64,000 nt of DNA, taken from a virus. Both the position numbers and the translations under genes were made by a program. Below the pieces are notes generated by a model. That model saw nothing but the letters and a program-made list of their open reading frames with translations. It was not told where the DNA came from and made no database searches. The stretch spans positions 1 to 64,000 of the IMG/VR virus record IMGVR_UViG_3300032038_000062; one strand, written 5' to 3'. This document shows positions 38,874-48,985 of the stretch, piece by piece (the first letter of the stretch is position 1; every line of letters begins with the position of its first letter).

Positions 38874-39587
38874 CTAGAGGTTTAATTCAATAACTAAATG
38901 GTAGAGAATTGTAACTTTATCAGTAAGGTCAAAACTATCGTGGTAATGACCAAAAAACCAATGTTTATATGTAATTTTGTCTTCGACTATATCTAAAAAC
39001 TGCTCCATAGACTTATCTATTTCATCTTGGTTGACACCAAAAAGAAATAACTCTTCCAATTCTCTCTCGAATTTAAGTGGAACTGTATGAGAGAAGATAT
39101 AATCAAATGAGTTCTCTTTTTCTAAGATTTCTAAAATTTTTTCCTTTTCTTCATTTGTCATTTGCTCACTTTCAAACCAACGACCAGCGCCACGATATAG
39201 ACGATAGTATTTATCTATACTGTATGCGCCGCCCAAACATAGACACTTTCTATCTTTAAGATAAAAGATACCATCCTCTGGGAAGATGATATTTGGTCTA
39301 TTTGGTTCTACCCAAGTATAACATTTTAATTCCTCATTATAAACACGTTTATAAGAAGGAATATTCCACGCTCTTTCTTCGTGGTTGCCGTGAGTGCCGA
39401 TAATAGTGATGGGCATTTTAGCGAGTTTATTTTTAACGTGAGCATCACGTTCATCAAGAAAATAATTTAAGCCAAGGTCGCCGCAAATTACAAGATAATC
39501 TTCCTTTGTCGTATTTTCTTGTTCACATAAAGTTTTAATTCTTGAAAGAGAACCGTGAATGTCACCCGTACAAAACGCTCTATTCAA
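38874..39587 (-). CDS. Calcineurin-like metallophosphoesterase (second copy, different family member)
   Basis: GDIHG, GDLG, GNHE motifs. Confidence 0.7.
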   Translation of the reverse strand: MNRAFCTGDIHGSLSRIKTLCEQENTTKEDYLVICGDLGLNYFLDERDAHVKNKLAKMPITIIGTHGNHEERAWNIPSYKRVYNEELKCYTWVEPNRPNIIFPEDGIFYLKDRKCLCLGGAYSIDKYYRLYRGAGRWFESEQMTNEEKEKILEILEKENSFDYIFSHTVPLKFERELEELFLFGVNQDEIDKSMEQFLDIVEDKITYKHWFFGHYHDSFDLTDKVTILYHLVIELNL

Positions 39588-39752
39588 CTTTATCCCACCT
39601 TATCTTACTGCCGCAACAATGGCAATATTTATCGAAGCGGAGAATTATTGTTCGACATTCTCCACAAGTCCAACAGCTTAACTTTTTAATCGGAATTGTA
39701 CCTCTAAGTATTCTCAAAAGTCTTCTCATATAATCCTCCTTCTTAAATAATA

Positions 39753-39826
39753 TGGCGGCGCCGCCCAGACTCGAACTGGGAAGGACAGAATCAAAATCTG
39801 TTATGTTACCATTACATCACGACGCT
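39753..39826 (-). tRNA. tRNA-Gln (anticodon TTG)
   Basis: Hand-folded cloverleaf; anticodon loop TTTTGAT; A1/C72 unpaired (Gln-like weak 1:72); CCA encoded. Confidence 0.55.
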
Positions 39827-39935
39827 ATATCTATGGACTTTCTGATAGATGGGCAACTTCAACGAGAGGTTTTCTATCTTTTTGGTATCCATTACGAGGG
39901 CTTATCCCAACCAACCTATCACGTGAGTAGGAAAT

Positions 39936-40028
39936 TGGCGACGCGGGTGAGACTCGAACTCACACACCACCGAAGTGATTACTCAGGGATTAGCAATCCC
40001 CTATCTTACCAATTAGGCTTACCGCGCC
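39936..40028 (-). tRNA. tRNA-Ser (anticodon GCT), type II
   Basis: Long variable arm, loop TTGCTAA, T-loop TTCGAGT, CCA encoded. Confidence 0.7.
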
Positions 40029-40198
40029 AAATCTTTATCTTTATAGATAATCATAGCAAAAAAGTTATATATATAATCCTCTCTTATTACAAACTTAATA
40101 TCTATAACTTCTTGCCTATCGCGCTCTAGTTTTTCAATTTCTCGGTTTATTTTGTCTTCAAGTGTAGTCGGTTTTTGTTCAATTAATATTTTTACTTT
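40019..40198 (-). CDS. Small hypothetical protein inside the tRNA array
   Basis: About 59 aa from MKVKIL with RBS GAGGTAA; preceded by a repeated 150-nt element. Confidence 0.3.
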   Translation of the reverse strand, partial: KVKILIEQKPTTLEDKINREIEKLERDRQEVIDIKFVIREDYIYNFFAMIIYKDKDLAR

Positions 40199-40366
40199 CA
40201 TGTTACCTCGCATTTATATAAAATGAAGTAGATAAGGATTTGCACCTTATATGTGCCTTAGTATCCTCCAAAAAAATCCCGTACATAACGTCTCGGTTTT
40301 AATTACAGTCTGTTACCCACAGCAACGCTTGCGTCTACCTATTCCGCCACTACTTCATATATCTAC

Positions 40367-40442
40367 TGGCACGCCTAGAGGGACTTGAACCCACAACCAG
40401 CTAGTTCGTAGCTAGCTACTCTTTCCATTGAGCTACAGGCGC
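40367..40442 (-). tRNA. tRNA-Arg (anticodon ACG)
   Basis: Anticodon stem GCTAG/CTAGC with loop CTACGAA; T-loop TTCAAGT. Confidence 0.7.
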
Positions 40443-41758
40443 ATATTAATCAGTCAAAGCAACAACAATAGCAGCCGCAACAGCCACAGAGAGAAACAAT
40501 CCTATTAAAATTCCTATAATAATAATGGGTATAAATATATTAACATAACCCAAAAATATTAAAATAGCAAAAAAGACGATAAAAATAAGGGAGATATATA
40601 CAATACTTTTGATTTGATTTCTTTTCATATAATCAATGATACGGTTAAATTTATTCTTCAATGCAGTATTCCTCTACAAAATAATGTATTCCACTCCTAT
40701 AAGCAATTGAATCAAGTTCTTCAATAGAAAGACCTTTTACTTTTTCTTCATCTATTGCCCAAACAGCAACAAGCGCATTCTCAGCCATTACTTCATCGAG
40801 CATCTCGTAAAATTTTTCCTCGTCTTCACTATCTTCTTCGCTAAGACAGTTGGTAGCTCTTTCTCCGAGAGAGGTCATAATATCATCGTAATCGTCCATA
40901 AGATTCATACATCTCTCAAAGCAGAAATCACAGGCGTCATTCATATCTTTAGCTTCGATAACGCCAGAGTCTTCAATGCCATGAAGACCTTGGTAGATAT
41001 TTTCTGTTGCATAGTAGTAAAATCTGCCCATACTATCCCTTCTTTCTTTTCTTCTTCTTTTGTCCTCCACGGAAAGAAATTTTGGTATCAAAACCGTGGT
41101 TAGTAATCTTATCATCATTAGTAAGTCCGATAGACTCTCTACGCTCAGCGGCGGTACGCTCTAAAGAAAAATATTCCTCTATTGCTAAATAGATGTCTAA
41201 GGGATTAATTAACTCAGCAAAGCCGCTTGCCTTTAAAAGAGGAATATCATAGATTATAGTACGCTCATTATTACGATAACCATACTCTACGCTTAAACTA
41301 TACTCCTTTGTATAATTACCCCTATTAATTGCATCAATAGCAATTTTATGCTTTCTATCTTCTGTCTTTGCTGACCAATGAGCAAACCAGTCATCGCCTT
41401 TTAACTTGATATAATTAAATGAAAGGAGTTTTCTATCGGTATTATAATTTGTCCAAGTTAAAACGAGATTAATAATATAATCTTTTACGTAGCCGTAGTC
41501 ATCTAAGTCAAGAACCTTAGCCTCAAACAACCAAAATCTATTACATACTTGGAGTAAAATATATGAAATTTGACCCAGTTTATTAATGCCGTAAGTAATA
41601 TAATTTAAACCTTTACAAACTTCGTCTTTAGTAAGAATAAAAGACCTAGTTCTATCGAAAGTTACTGTTTTATCGGGATAAACACCTTGTAAGTAATCAT
41701 AGAAGTCGTAATTCTTGTCTATAATCTTCACAATAGAACTCCTTTCTTCGATATTATT

Positions 41759-41835
41759 TGGAACCCCGACTCGGATTCAAACCGAGGACATACCGCTTAG
41801 AAGGCGGTTCTTCTGTTCAGGCTGAAGTACCGGGG
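41759..41835 (-). tRNA. tRNA-Arg (anticodon TCT)
   Basis: Anticodon loop CTTCTAA; T-loop TTTGAAT. Confidence 0.6.
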
Positions 41836-41844
41836 TATATAATG

Positions 41845-41918
41845 TGGACCACCAAGCGGGAGTTGAACCCGCGCCTTTTGGTTGGAAGCCAAATATTCTA
41901 CCGTTAAACTACTGATGG
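41845..41918 (-). tRNA. tRNA-Gly (anticodon TCC)
   Basis: Stem TTTGG/CCAAA with loop CTTCCAA; T-loop TTCAACT. Confidence 0.65.
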
Positions 41919-42211
41919 ATATTCCAGCTGTTAATAAACCGCTGGCGCTTCGAGCGGATTGCCTACGATAAAATCATTGAAAATTGTGTAGTAATCGCCT
42001 TCTGATACAAGCCACAGCTCTTCAAATTCAAGAGCATAAAGATTACCGATAATAGACTTTGCGCGAACCTTTAGACCATTGCCGTCCTCGACAAAAACCT
42101 CTTTATCACACTTTGCTGCAAGTGCGGTAATAGTTTCGGCTTCCTTTACTGTGTCCATATAGATTTTTGCTCTCATAAGAACCTCCTAAAAATTTTAATA
42201 CCCGAAAGGGC

Positions 42212-42294
42212 TGGTGGTAGTGACAGGATTCGAACCTGCACGCCGAAGCCATACCTTCTAAAAGTACGTTGTCTGCCAATTCCAGCACACTACC
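42212..42294 (-). tRNA. tRNA-Leu (anticodon TAG), type II
   Basis: Acceptor GGTAGTG/CACTACC, loop TTTAGAA, T-loop TTCGAAT. Confidence 0.55.
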
Positions 42295-42301
42295 TTATAT
42301 G

Positions 42302-42386
42302 TGGTGCCAATAATCGGACTTGAACCGATACGCCCGAAGGACAAGAGTGTTTGAGACTCCCGTGTCTGCCGTTCCACCATATTGGC
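42302..42386 (-). tRNA. tRNA-Leu (anticodon CAA), type II
   Basis: Loop CTCAAAC; T-loop TTCAAGT. Confidence 0.65.
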
Positions 42387-42544
42387 ATATTCAAGACACT
42401 TTTATATAACTTTCTCATTCCTTAAATAAGTGTTGTATAAATAAAGTTGCTGTAAGTGTCTTTTATTTCTCTCTTAACTTTCTATATATATTATAACAAA
42501 TATATTATAAAAAAGCAAATTAATATATTGATTTATAAATAAAA

Positions 42545-42616
42545 TGGTGGGAAATGGTGGATTCGAACCACCGCTACTGTCACAAACTAGCGTGCTACCA
42601 TTACACTAATCATCCC
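42545..42616 (-). tRNA. tRNA, possibly His (GTG); acceptor and anticodon stem imperfect
   Basis: T-arm GGTGGTTCGAATCCACC and CCA present; anticodon assignment tentative. Confidence 0.4.
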
Positions 42617-43061
42617 ATAATATACCAATAGTAGGACTACTGCCCTACTACTGGCTTTTAATTTATTCTGATTTATTTTCCGCAAAGCCGCCAGAAAGCA
42701 GCATTAACGGCAACAAATTATCTGTTGAACCCTCATTCTTATTCAAAAGCAAAAACATAAGTGGATTAATCTTATTTGAACCACCCATCGCCATCATCAG
42801 TGCCATCGTACTCATATCCAAACATTATCACTTGCTATGTCACCCTGTAAAATCATAGACATTGGCTCTTCCATCAAATTTCTCCTTTCTTTCTTCTTTT
42901 GGTGCACCACCTCGGTACTGCCCCGAGCATCCCCAAATTAAAAGTTTGGTGCCTTACTTCTTGGCTAGTGGTGCTAATTAAATTATCAAAGTACAAAACA
43001 CAAGTTCAGGGTTATAAATTAAAAGTTTATTCCTAAATTATAATTGCTGTATGTGTCTATG

Positions 43062-43135
43062 TGGTACGAAGGGAAAGAATTGAACTTTCATCTATCGCTT
43101 ATCAGACGATTGCCCTGCCATTGTGCTACCTTCGT
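43062..43135 (-). tRNA. tRNA-Ile (anticodon GAT)
   Basis: Loop CTGATAA; T-loop TTCAATT. Confidence 0.65.
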
Positions 43136-43409
43136 ATATGACTGGAATTTATCTCGTTAGTCCAGTGGCTCCGGCATCCCTACTTCTATCCCGCGTGAGC
43201 TAGCGGCAAGATTTACTTTGCGTCTTTATTAGTCGTTTTCCACTAAAGCCACATATCACTAACTTAAAGTTGAGTGCCGGTGGTAGTTTAATCTTGAAAT
43301 CCATGATAACGACCTCTGAGTGTTCCTGCGTAGCAACAGTTATCCTTTGAGAATGGGTGGTTGATAATCCGAAACCGCCAACGATTGAACGCGTTATGCT
43401 ACTAAGCGC

Positions 43410-43486
43410 TGGTACTCCATATTAGAATCGAACTAATGACCTCCTGTTTGTAGGACAGGCGCTCTAACCTGCTGAGCTAATAGAGT
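43410..43486 (-). tRNA. tRNA-Val (anticodon TAC)
   Basis: D-stem GCTC/GAGC; anticodon stem CCTGT/ACAGG with loop CCTACAA. Confidence 0.55.
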
Positions 43487-43764
43487 ATATGGTGACCGAG
43501 TGTGCAGTTAGTCGACTGGTGTAACCTCCCAGCGCTTCAATCACACGCATCCCCATTGGATTTCACAAACTTTTATACTAGGACTTCCGCGGCGAACTAC
43601 CTCGTTGAGTTGTTACTCAATGTGTTCCAATTAATTAGGGCTATATTTTCTTCTCGGCTTTTAATACTTGCCTATCGGTCAAATAGTAGTAATTGGTTTA
43701 GCCTATCGTTTATAGTGCCGTTGAGACCGATTGGACTACTACTAATCTCCTCTTGCACTTATTG

Positions 43765-43837
43765 CGACTCCAACGGGACTTGAACCCATGACCTCTAGCG
43801 TGACAGCTAGCGTTCTACTCTTCTGAACTATGAAGCC
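43765..43837 (-). tRNA. tRNA, probably Asp (GTC); CCA not encoded
   Basis: T-loop TTCAAGT; anticodon region CTAGC-TGTCAC-GCTAG has a 6-nt loop as read. Confidence 0.45.
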
Positions 43838-44051
43838 ATATCAGGGCTTTAAGGTCAGCCAACCGCACATTTGTTGATTGCTGGAATTTTTGCTTTTCCA
43901 ATCTCTTAATTGTAACTTCATTTATCGTTTCTAAAGTTTTCTTTCCTTAACTTTCTATATATATTATAACAAATATATATTAAAAAATCAATTTTTCTTT
44001 TCTTTTATCTTTTACGAATAATAGCTACTTAATTTTTCACCAGAAAATATT

Positions 44052-44127
44052 TGGTAGAAGCTAGGAGAATTGAACTCCTGACCTGTTGTTTGCAAGACAA
44101 CTGCTCTACCAGCTGAGCTAAGCCCTC
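44052..44127 (-). tRNA. tRNA-Ala (anticodon TGC)
   Basis: G3:U70 identity pair present; loop CTTGCAA. Confidence 0.65.
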
Positions 44128-44191
44128 AGATATTGGGTTATTGTTGCACTATCAACTACTTACAAGGTCCTCTTACCTAAGCCCATATTAA

Positions 44192-44267
44192 TTGGCACGG
44201 CTCAAGGGATTTGAACCCTTATCCGAGGTTTTGGAGACCCCTATTCTAGCCCATTGAACTATCGCCG
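44192..44267 (-). tRNA. tRNA-Trp (anticodon CCA), acceptor base imperfect
   Basis: Loop CTCCAAA; T-loop TTCAAAT. Confidence 0.5.
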
Positions 44268-44350
44268 CATATATTGGCAGTCATTTCCTACTGCCGTGAA
44301 GATTAAAGGATTCCATCTTCTATATTCATATTCCAGAATATACCCTTATA

Positions 44351-44425
44351 TGGCTCCAAGGGTGGGATTCGAACCCACAACCACTCGGTTAACAGCCGAA
44401 TGCACTACCATTGTGCTACCTTGGA
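44351..44425 (-). tRNA. tRNA-Asn (anticodon GTT)
   Basis: Loop CTGTTAA; T-loop TTCGAAT. Confidence 0.7.
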
Positions 44426-44618
44426 ATATATAACCGACAGTGGGGTGACACTCCCACATCTCCTTTAATCCTCCTTTAAAGGCGACAGCTGCCCGTTCCG
44501 TCCTTGTCGATTTATAATGGTTTTTCTATCTTAAAGATATAGCTATAAACAAGGTCACCATAAACTATTCTGTGCCTCCATATTCACTCTATAGCAAAGA
44601 AAAATATTTCAACGGCGC

Positions 44619-44703
44619 TGGTACTGATAACAGGACTTGAACCTGCACGCCAATAAGACAATAGAACCTTAATCTATCGCGTCTGCCAATTCCGCCATAT
44701 CAG
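44619..44703 (-). tRNA. tRNA-Leu, type II (anticodon reads AAG, unusual; TAA not excluded)
   Basis: Perfect 7-bp acceptor; loop TTAAGGT. Confidence 0.5.
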
Positions 44704-44729
44704 TATATAATCATGCTGCATATTAATAT

Positions 44730-44814
44730 TTGGTGGGCAGGGTTGGACTCGAACCAACGTATCGTTACCGAGAGAGGGTTACAGCCTCCTGCAATTGCCG
44801 CTATGCGACCTACC
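44730..44814 (-). tRNA. tRNA-Tyr (anticodon GTA), type II
   Basis: Loop CTGTAAC; T-loop TTCGAGT. Confidence 0.65.
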
Positions 44815-44823
44815 CATATAAAA

Positions 44824-44900
44824 TTGGTGCACCGTCAGGGACTTGAACCCTGAGCCTACTGATTATGAGTCAGTTGCTCTGACCAACTGAGCTAACGGTA
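44824..44900 (-). tRNA. tRNA-Met (anticodon CAT), elongator type
   Basis: G1:C72 paired; loop CTCATAA. Confidence 0.7.
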
Positions 44901-44906
44901 CAAACA

Positions 44907-44983
44907 ATGGTAACTCGTAGGAGATTCGAACTCCTGCTTTCAGATTGAGAATCTGATGTTGTAGCCAACTTAACTAACGAGCC
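44907..44983 (-). tRNA. tRNA-Glu (anticodon CTC)
   Basis: Stem TCAGA/TCTGA with loop TTCTCAA. Confidence 0.6.
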
Positions 44984-45057
44984 ATATTAATGTTAGAATC
45001 AACCACTTATCTAACTTTGATAGACCTCAGACATTGCTCCTTTCTATCTTACCCCTC

Positions 45058-45135
45058 TGGTGACACCACTGGGGATTGAACCCAGACTCTCCACCTTGAA
45101 AGGGTGGCGTGTTATACCGATTCCACTATGGTGCC
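45058..45135 (-). tRNA. tRNA-Glu (anticodon TTC)
   Basis: Stem CCACC/GGTGG with loop CTTTCAA. Confidence 0.7.
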
Positions 45136-45381
45136 ATATAAATTCCCTTTCGGGAAGATGACCGTAGGTAACTGTCTGGTTACTCCTTTCGACTAGATAC
45201 CAAGCTAGCCGCTACTTCACGACGTAGAACGATAAGTTATCCTATCCACTTATAGGGTAGTTATTCTTTTCGACAATAACCACTTAAACCCGCAGACCTT
45301 TATGGCGCTGAAAGTTCCTTTTCTTTTCTTAACTTTCTTTATATATATTATAATGTATTTATATAAAAAAGTCAAAAATTT

Positions 45382-45627
45382 TTAATCTAATTCCCACCAA
45401 TAATCGAAAGTTCGTCTATATGAACCACCATTAGGAATATCCTTTGTATGTCGAACCTTTCGATTACTCAAATTGCGGAGGTATTTTGCTCTTTTAGATT
45501 TATAAAATCTAACCCATCTATGTTTTTCTTCGTTATACCAAATGGTGCGATGTCCAGCTCTAGCAAAAGTTTGCCTTGCCCTCTTTATATCTCCCATTTT
45601 TCTACGGTGGCTCATAGTAACCTCCAA
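45382..45627 (-). CDS. Small basic (R/K-rich) hypothetical protein inside the tRNA array
   Basis: 81-aa ORF with RBS GGAGG; preceded by the repeated 150-nt element. Confidence 0.4.
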   Translation of the reverse strand: MEVTMSHRRKMGDIKRARQTFARAGHRTIWYNEEKHRWVRFYKSKRAKYLRNLSNRKVRHTKDIPNGGSYRRTFDYWWELD

Positions 45628-45800
45628 GGTTTATGAATTAGCATATATGATAAGGATTTGCACCTTATATGATAGTCTTTACCTCGGTGCGGGTCGCACG
45701 TGTCTTTAAACTCTTTTTTTAAGTGGTAGCGCTAATTCCACCCTGGCAACTATCTCCCGCTAGCGCGTCTACCTATTCCGCCACATATATACTATTTTAA

Positions 45801-45895
45801 TGGCGATGCCCCTCGGATTCGAACCGAGACGCCGCATCCCTACGACTACTAATGCTTTTCAAGAGCATTTCCTTACCAATTAGGATTAGGACACC
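45801..45895 (-). tRNA. tRNA-Ser (anticodon TGA), type II
   Basis: Stem ATGCT/AGCAT with loop CTTGAAA. Confidence 0.7.
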
Positions 45896-46358
45896 ATATA
45901 AGGAATAAGACTCATCTTATTCCTTAACCCATAGTCCGAAGACGTCTGGGGCAATTCAAAGAAAAAATCAGAAACGGTCTTGCCAAACCACTTCTTACAA
46001 AAAGTATAAATACTTTTTCAATCATAATATAAAAGGTTTTCTCATTTCGAAGATAACCTTAAACTCCGCTCTTTCGTTACTACCCAAGAGTGCGTCACAC
46101 AAAGGTGATAGGGAATCCGCCACGGATGCTATATTATTATAGGTTCCCGTTATTCTGTCCATCTCTTTAACCCACCGTGGAGGTTTACTAGTATTAACTA
46201 CGGGCGAATTAGTTTTCATATAACAACCAGTATTAGAAAACTATTATAAAAGACTATACTGACGTATTTTAGGGTGTTCCCCAAGGAATACAGTTTCCAA
46301 ATTGTACAGACTCTTGTTTAAACAGGTACACGACGTGAACATATCTGTACTGGTACCC

Positions 46359-46432
46359 TCGAAGTGGAGGGATTCGAACCCCCGATATCACGGTCCCAAA
46401 CCGCGCGCCTTACCAAACTAGACTACACCTCG
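46359..46432 (-). tRNA. tRNA-Pro (anticodon TGG); CCA not encoded
   Basis: C1:G72 (Pro-like); loop TTTGGGA; T-loop TTCGAAT. Confidence 0.55.
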
Positions 46433-47164
46433 ATATTTGGTGGTTGTATTTTTAAGTCTTCACCCACCGAAGTTCGGACTCACATAACTAAATACACAAT
46501 AATAAATACATAAATAATAAATACATAATCGTCCTACCCTAAGTATTCTAGGAAGACTCTATTTATCTTTACACTATTTCTAAACCAATACATATAATAC
46601 CTCAATTCTAAAAATAACTATAAATTAATTAACTAATGTTTATGAAATACCATATAATCGGCTCTCCTTTCTTTTTAGGGTACTTAATTTTACAACATAA
46701 TTTAATAAATGGACGATTATGTTGGGAGGCAACTTTCAATTGTCTACCTCTAAGTTTGAGTGTCTACCGCCACTACTTATTTTTTTCTATTAATTTTTAA
46801 CTTTAACTTTAATCGTGGCAGGATAACTGTTACTCCTCACGAGAACAACGATACTAAGCCGTTGACCTTGTCGCACCTGTATCGCCGGACGCCTTGCGCT
46901 TGCTTTCTCCCACTAAGCTGGGGATAATTACCACTCTAATTATCAAGAGACACAGTTTCACCCGCCTACTGTCAAGTCAGCGTTTAACGCACACTCTCAC
47001 GTCTAAACCTCCTCGGTGTTTAGACACCGCCTTTCATCGAATGGAAAGGTACACTAACTCTTCTATCGGGACGCAGTCCGACGCCCGCATTTATTTAACG
47101 ACACTGTCGATGTCACTAAACTCAGCGATTTCATATAATTTTTTCTAAATAATCCTGAGTTTAA

Positions 47165-47238
47165 TGGTTACAGGGATGGGACTTGAACCCATACCTCTAG
47201 CTTATGAGGCTAGTAAGCTCCCATTACTCTACCCTGTA
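47165..47238 (-). tRNA. tRNA (anticodon CAT), second copy; Ile2 (lysidine) or Met
   Basis: Stem CTAGC/GCTAG with loop CTCATAA. Confidence 0.65.
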
Positions 47239-47243
47239 ATATG

Positions 47244-47315
47244 GAGATTTCGCGCGGACTTGAACCGCGACTTCTGGTTTTGCAGACCAGCGCCTTACCA
47301 GTTTGGCTACGAAAT
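47244..47315 (-). tRNA. tRNA-Cys (anticodon GCA)
   Basis: Stem CTGGT/ACCAG with loop CTGCAAA. Confidence 0.7.
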
Positions 47316-47403
47316 CATTTCTTTTCTCTTAACTTTCTATATATATTATATTATAATTATATAAAAAAGTCAAAATAGATTTTATTGCTTTTACTGTTAA
47401 GAG

Positions 47404-47480
47404 GCTAGAAAGATGGAGCAAGTAGCCGGATTCGAACCGACGTCCCCAGTATGGCGCACTAGAATTCTAAACAAACTAAA
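47404..47480 (-). tRNA. tRNA with non-canonical anticodon loop (GCGCCAT); identity undetermined
   Basis: Good acceptor and T-arm (GTCGG TTCGAAT CCGGC) and CCA; anticodon loop lacks U33. Confidence 0.45.
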
Positions 47481-47483
47481 CTA

Positions 47484-47558
47484 TACCTGCATATGGAGCC
47501 GAATCACCGTTATGCTCGGAGGTCAAGAGGTTACAAATCTCCCGTTTTACTGATTAAA
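47484..47558 (-). tRNA. tRNA-like, possibly Thr (TGT), with non-canonical T-loop
   Basis: Perfect acceptor GCCGAAT/ATTCGGC plus CCA; D-stem GTTT/AAAC; loop TTTGTAA. Confidence 0.4.
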
Positions 47559-48411
47559 CTAATTCGGCATATTAAGTACTAAGTATTGTTCCTTTCTTCA
47601 TCTGTATATTCATAAAAAAGGAAGTAAAAGAAACAACTTTCCTTATTTACTTATTAATTTAGCTATCTTATTATTATACAAGACGCGGATAGCTAAATAC
47701 AAATAAACAAATACTCAATGTAACTTTTATCTTCCACGAGAACCTCTCATTCTCACATTATTCCAATAAAATATTTTTAATAAATAATAAATTGCTGATT
47801 GCGTCTTATTATAGAATATTTCGGTGATATTAAGTGGGACTTTAAGAGTTAAGGTATAAAATTTTAATGCAAGACACCTTCCAGTGTTGGATTTGAACCA
47901 ACTAATCTTTTTTTGCTAAAAAGACGAATTAACCATTATCTTCGGAATAAAATTGCTGTACGTGTCTTATTAAGATTATATATTAACTTTGCAGTCGCCG
48001 CAACTCACGTTTCAATGCTTTTATGATTCTCGCATTAGCTGTCGCATCACGCGATTCGAGCTTTTTAATTCGATTTTCATAGTAAAGTTTTGTACGCATT
48101 TAATCACCTTTCATTTAATACTCGACACCTTTTGCAAATAAGCAGGCAGTTTATTGATGGAGCCTAATCATTTTATAGCGTTGCTGCAAGTGTCTTTTTG
48201 GGGAACCAATAGATTATACTAGGCTAAAATTTTCAAAGTTAAAAAGTGCATATGATAATTAACTTCTTTGCGCTACGCTTTTAGTAACGGTTTACATCGC
48301 CGCTTCTAGCCTCTTATAGCTAGCTATAAGTTTACGAAAAGTATAATCAGCTTTGAGGTCAGCCAACCGCACATCTTTATCCTGTACTCATAGTCGAATT
48401 TTGCTAAGACT

Positions 48412-48500
48412 TGGTACCGGTCACCAGACTCGAACTGGTACGCCTATTAACTAGGCTACGGATTTTAAGTCCGCTATGTCTTCCATTCCATCACACCGGC
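48412..48500 (-). tRNA. tRNA-Leu (anticodon TAA), type II
   Basis: Loop CTTAAAA; T-loop TTCGAGT. Confidence 0.6.
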
Positions 48501-48771
48501 ATTTATATTAAGGATTCGAGCGCTTTACTAAGAAGAAAGTCGCGCGGCTTTTGATAACGCAGAGCCGCCAAACTGCTAGCAAAGAGAATTTATCTTAAAA
48601 AAGTTATTACCCCGTTAGCGCCGAGAGGGCGGTCTTTTTAATGAAAGGAGTGACAGATAGAAACCGATTGCCGCCCTCTCGTTCAACGAATTAACTTTAA
48701 ATCTCTTAACTTTCTATATATATTATAGCAAAATTATTTATTTTTTGCAAATTTTTTATTGCTATATTATC

Positions 48772-48918
48772 TTAACGGTCAATGTCTGTATAGAAAAATG
48801 CTTGATAATCTGTACCTACTTCCTTATAAAAATTCTCAGCATCTTCTAAGTAGTTTTCATCGAAAAACTCCTCTAATTCTTCGGGGCTAAAACCTAAATC
48901 AAAATCATCAAAGAACAT
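48772..48918 (-). CDS. Small acidic hypothetical protein
   Basis: Start MFFDDFDLGF directly after the conserved promoter plus leader at 48925-48985. Confidence 0.4.
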   Translation of the reverse strand: MFFDDFDLGFSPEELEEFFDENYLEDAENFYKEVGTDYQAFFYTDIDR

Positions 48919-48985
48919 TTTTATACCGCCTTTCTTAACTTTTCTATATATATTATATATGGTTTTTATAAAAAAATCAAAAAAA

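Noticed and set aside
42663-42816. Apparent Met-rich small ORF on the minus strand in a tRNA spacer
   Set aside because: Careful re-translation hits a stop after 14 codons. The earlier longer reading was a transcription slip.
43502-43783. Plus-strand 93-aa ORF inside the tRNA array (also 46894..47148, 47164..47364, 45448..45636, 39752..40129)
   Set aside because: They overlap minus-strand tRNA genes or structured spacers, lack RBS and promoter, and have a composition atypical of this genome's proteins.
46440-47160. tmRNA or RNase P RNA assignment for the 720-nt GC-richer spacer
   Set aside because: I could not find the diagnostic elements by eye: the tmRNA tRNA-like 3' end with tag-peptide frame, or the RNase P P4 pseudoknot. 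It is kept as an unexplained ncRNA candidate only.
47870-47950. tRNA-like T-arm (TTGG-TTCAAAT-CCAA) suggesting an additional tRNA
   Set aside because: No acceptor stem or anticodon arm can be folded around it. It may be a tRNA fragment or pseudogene, so it is not reported as a gene.
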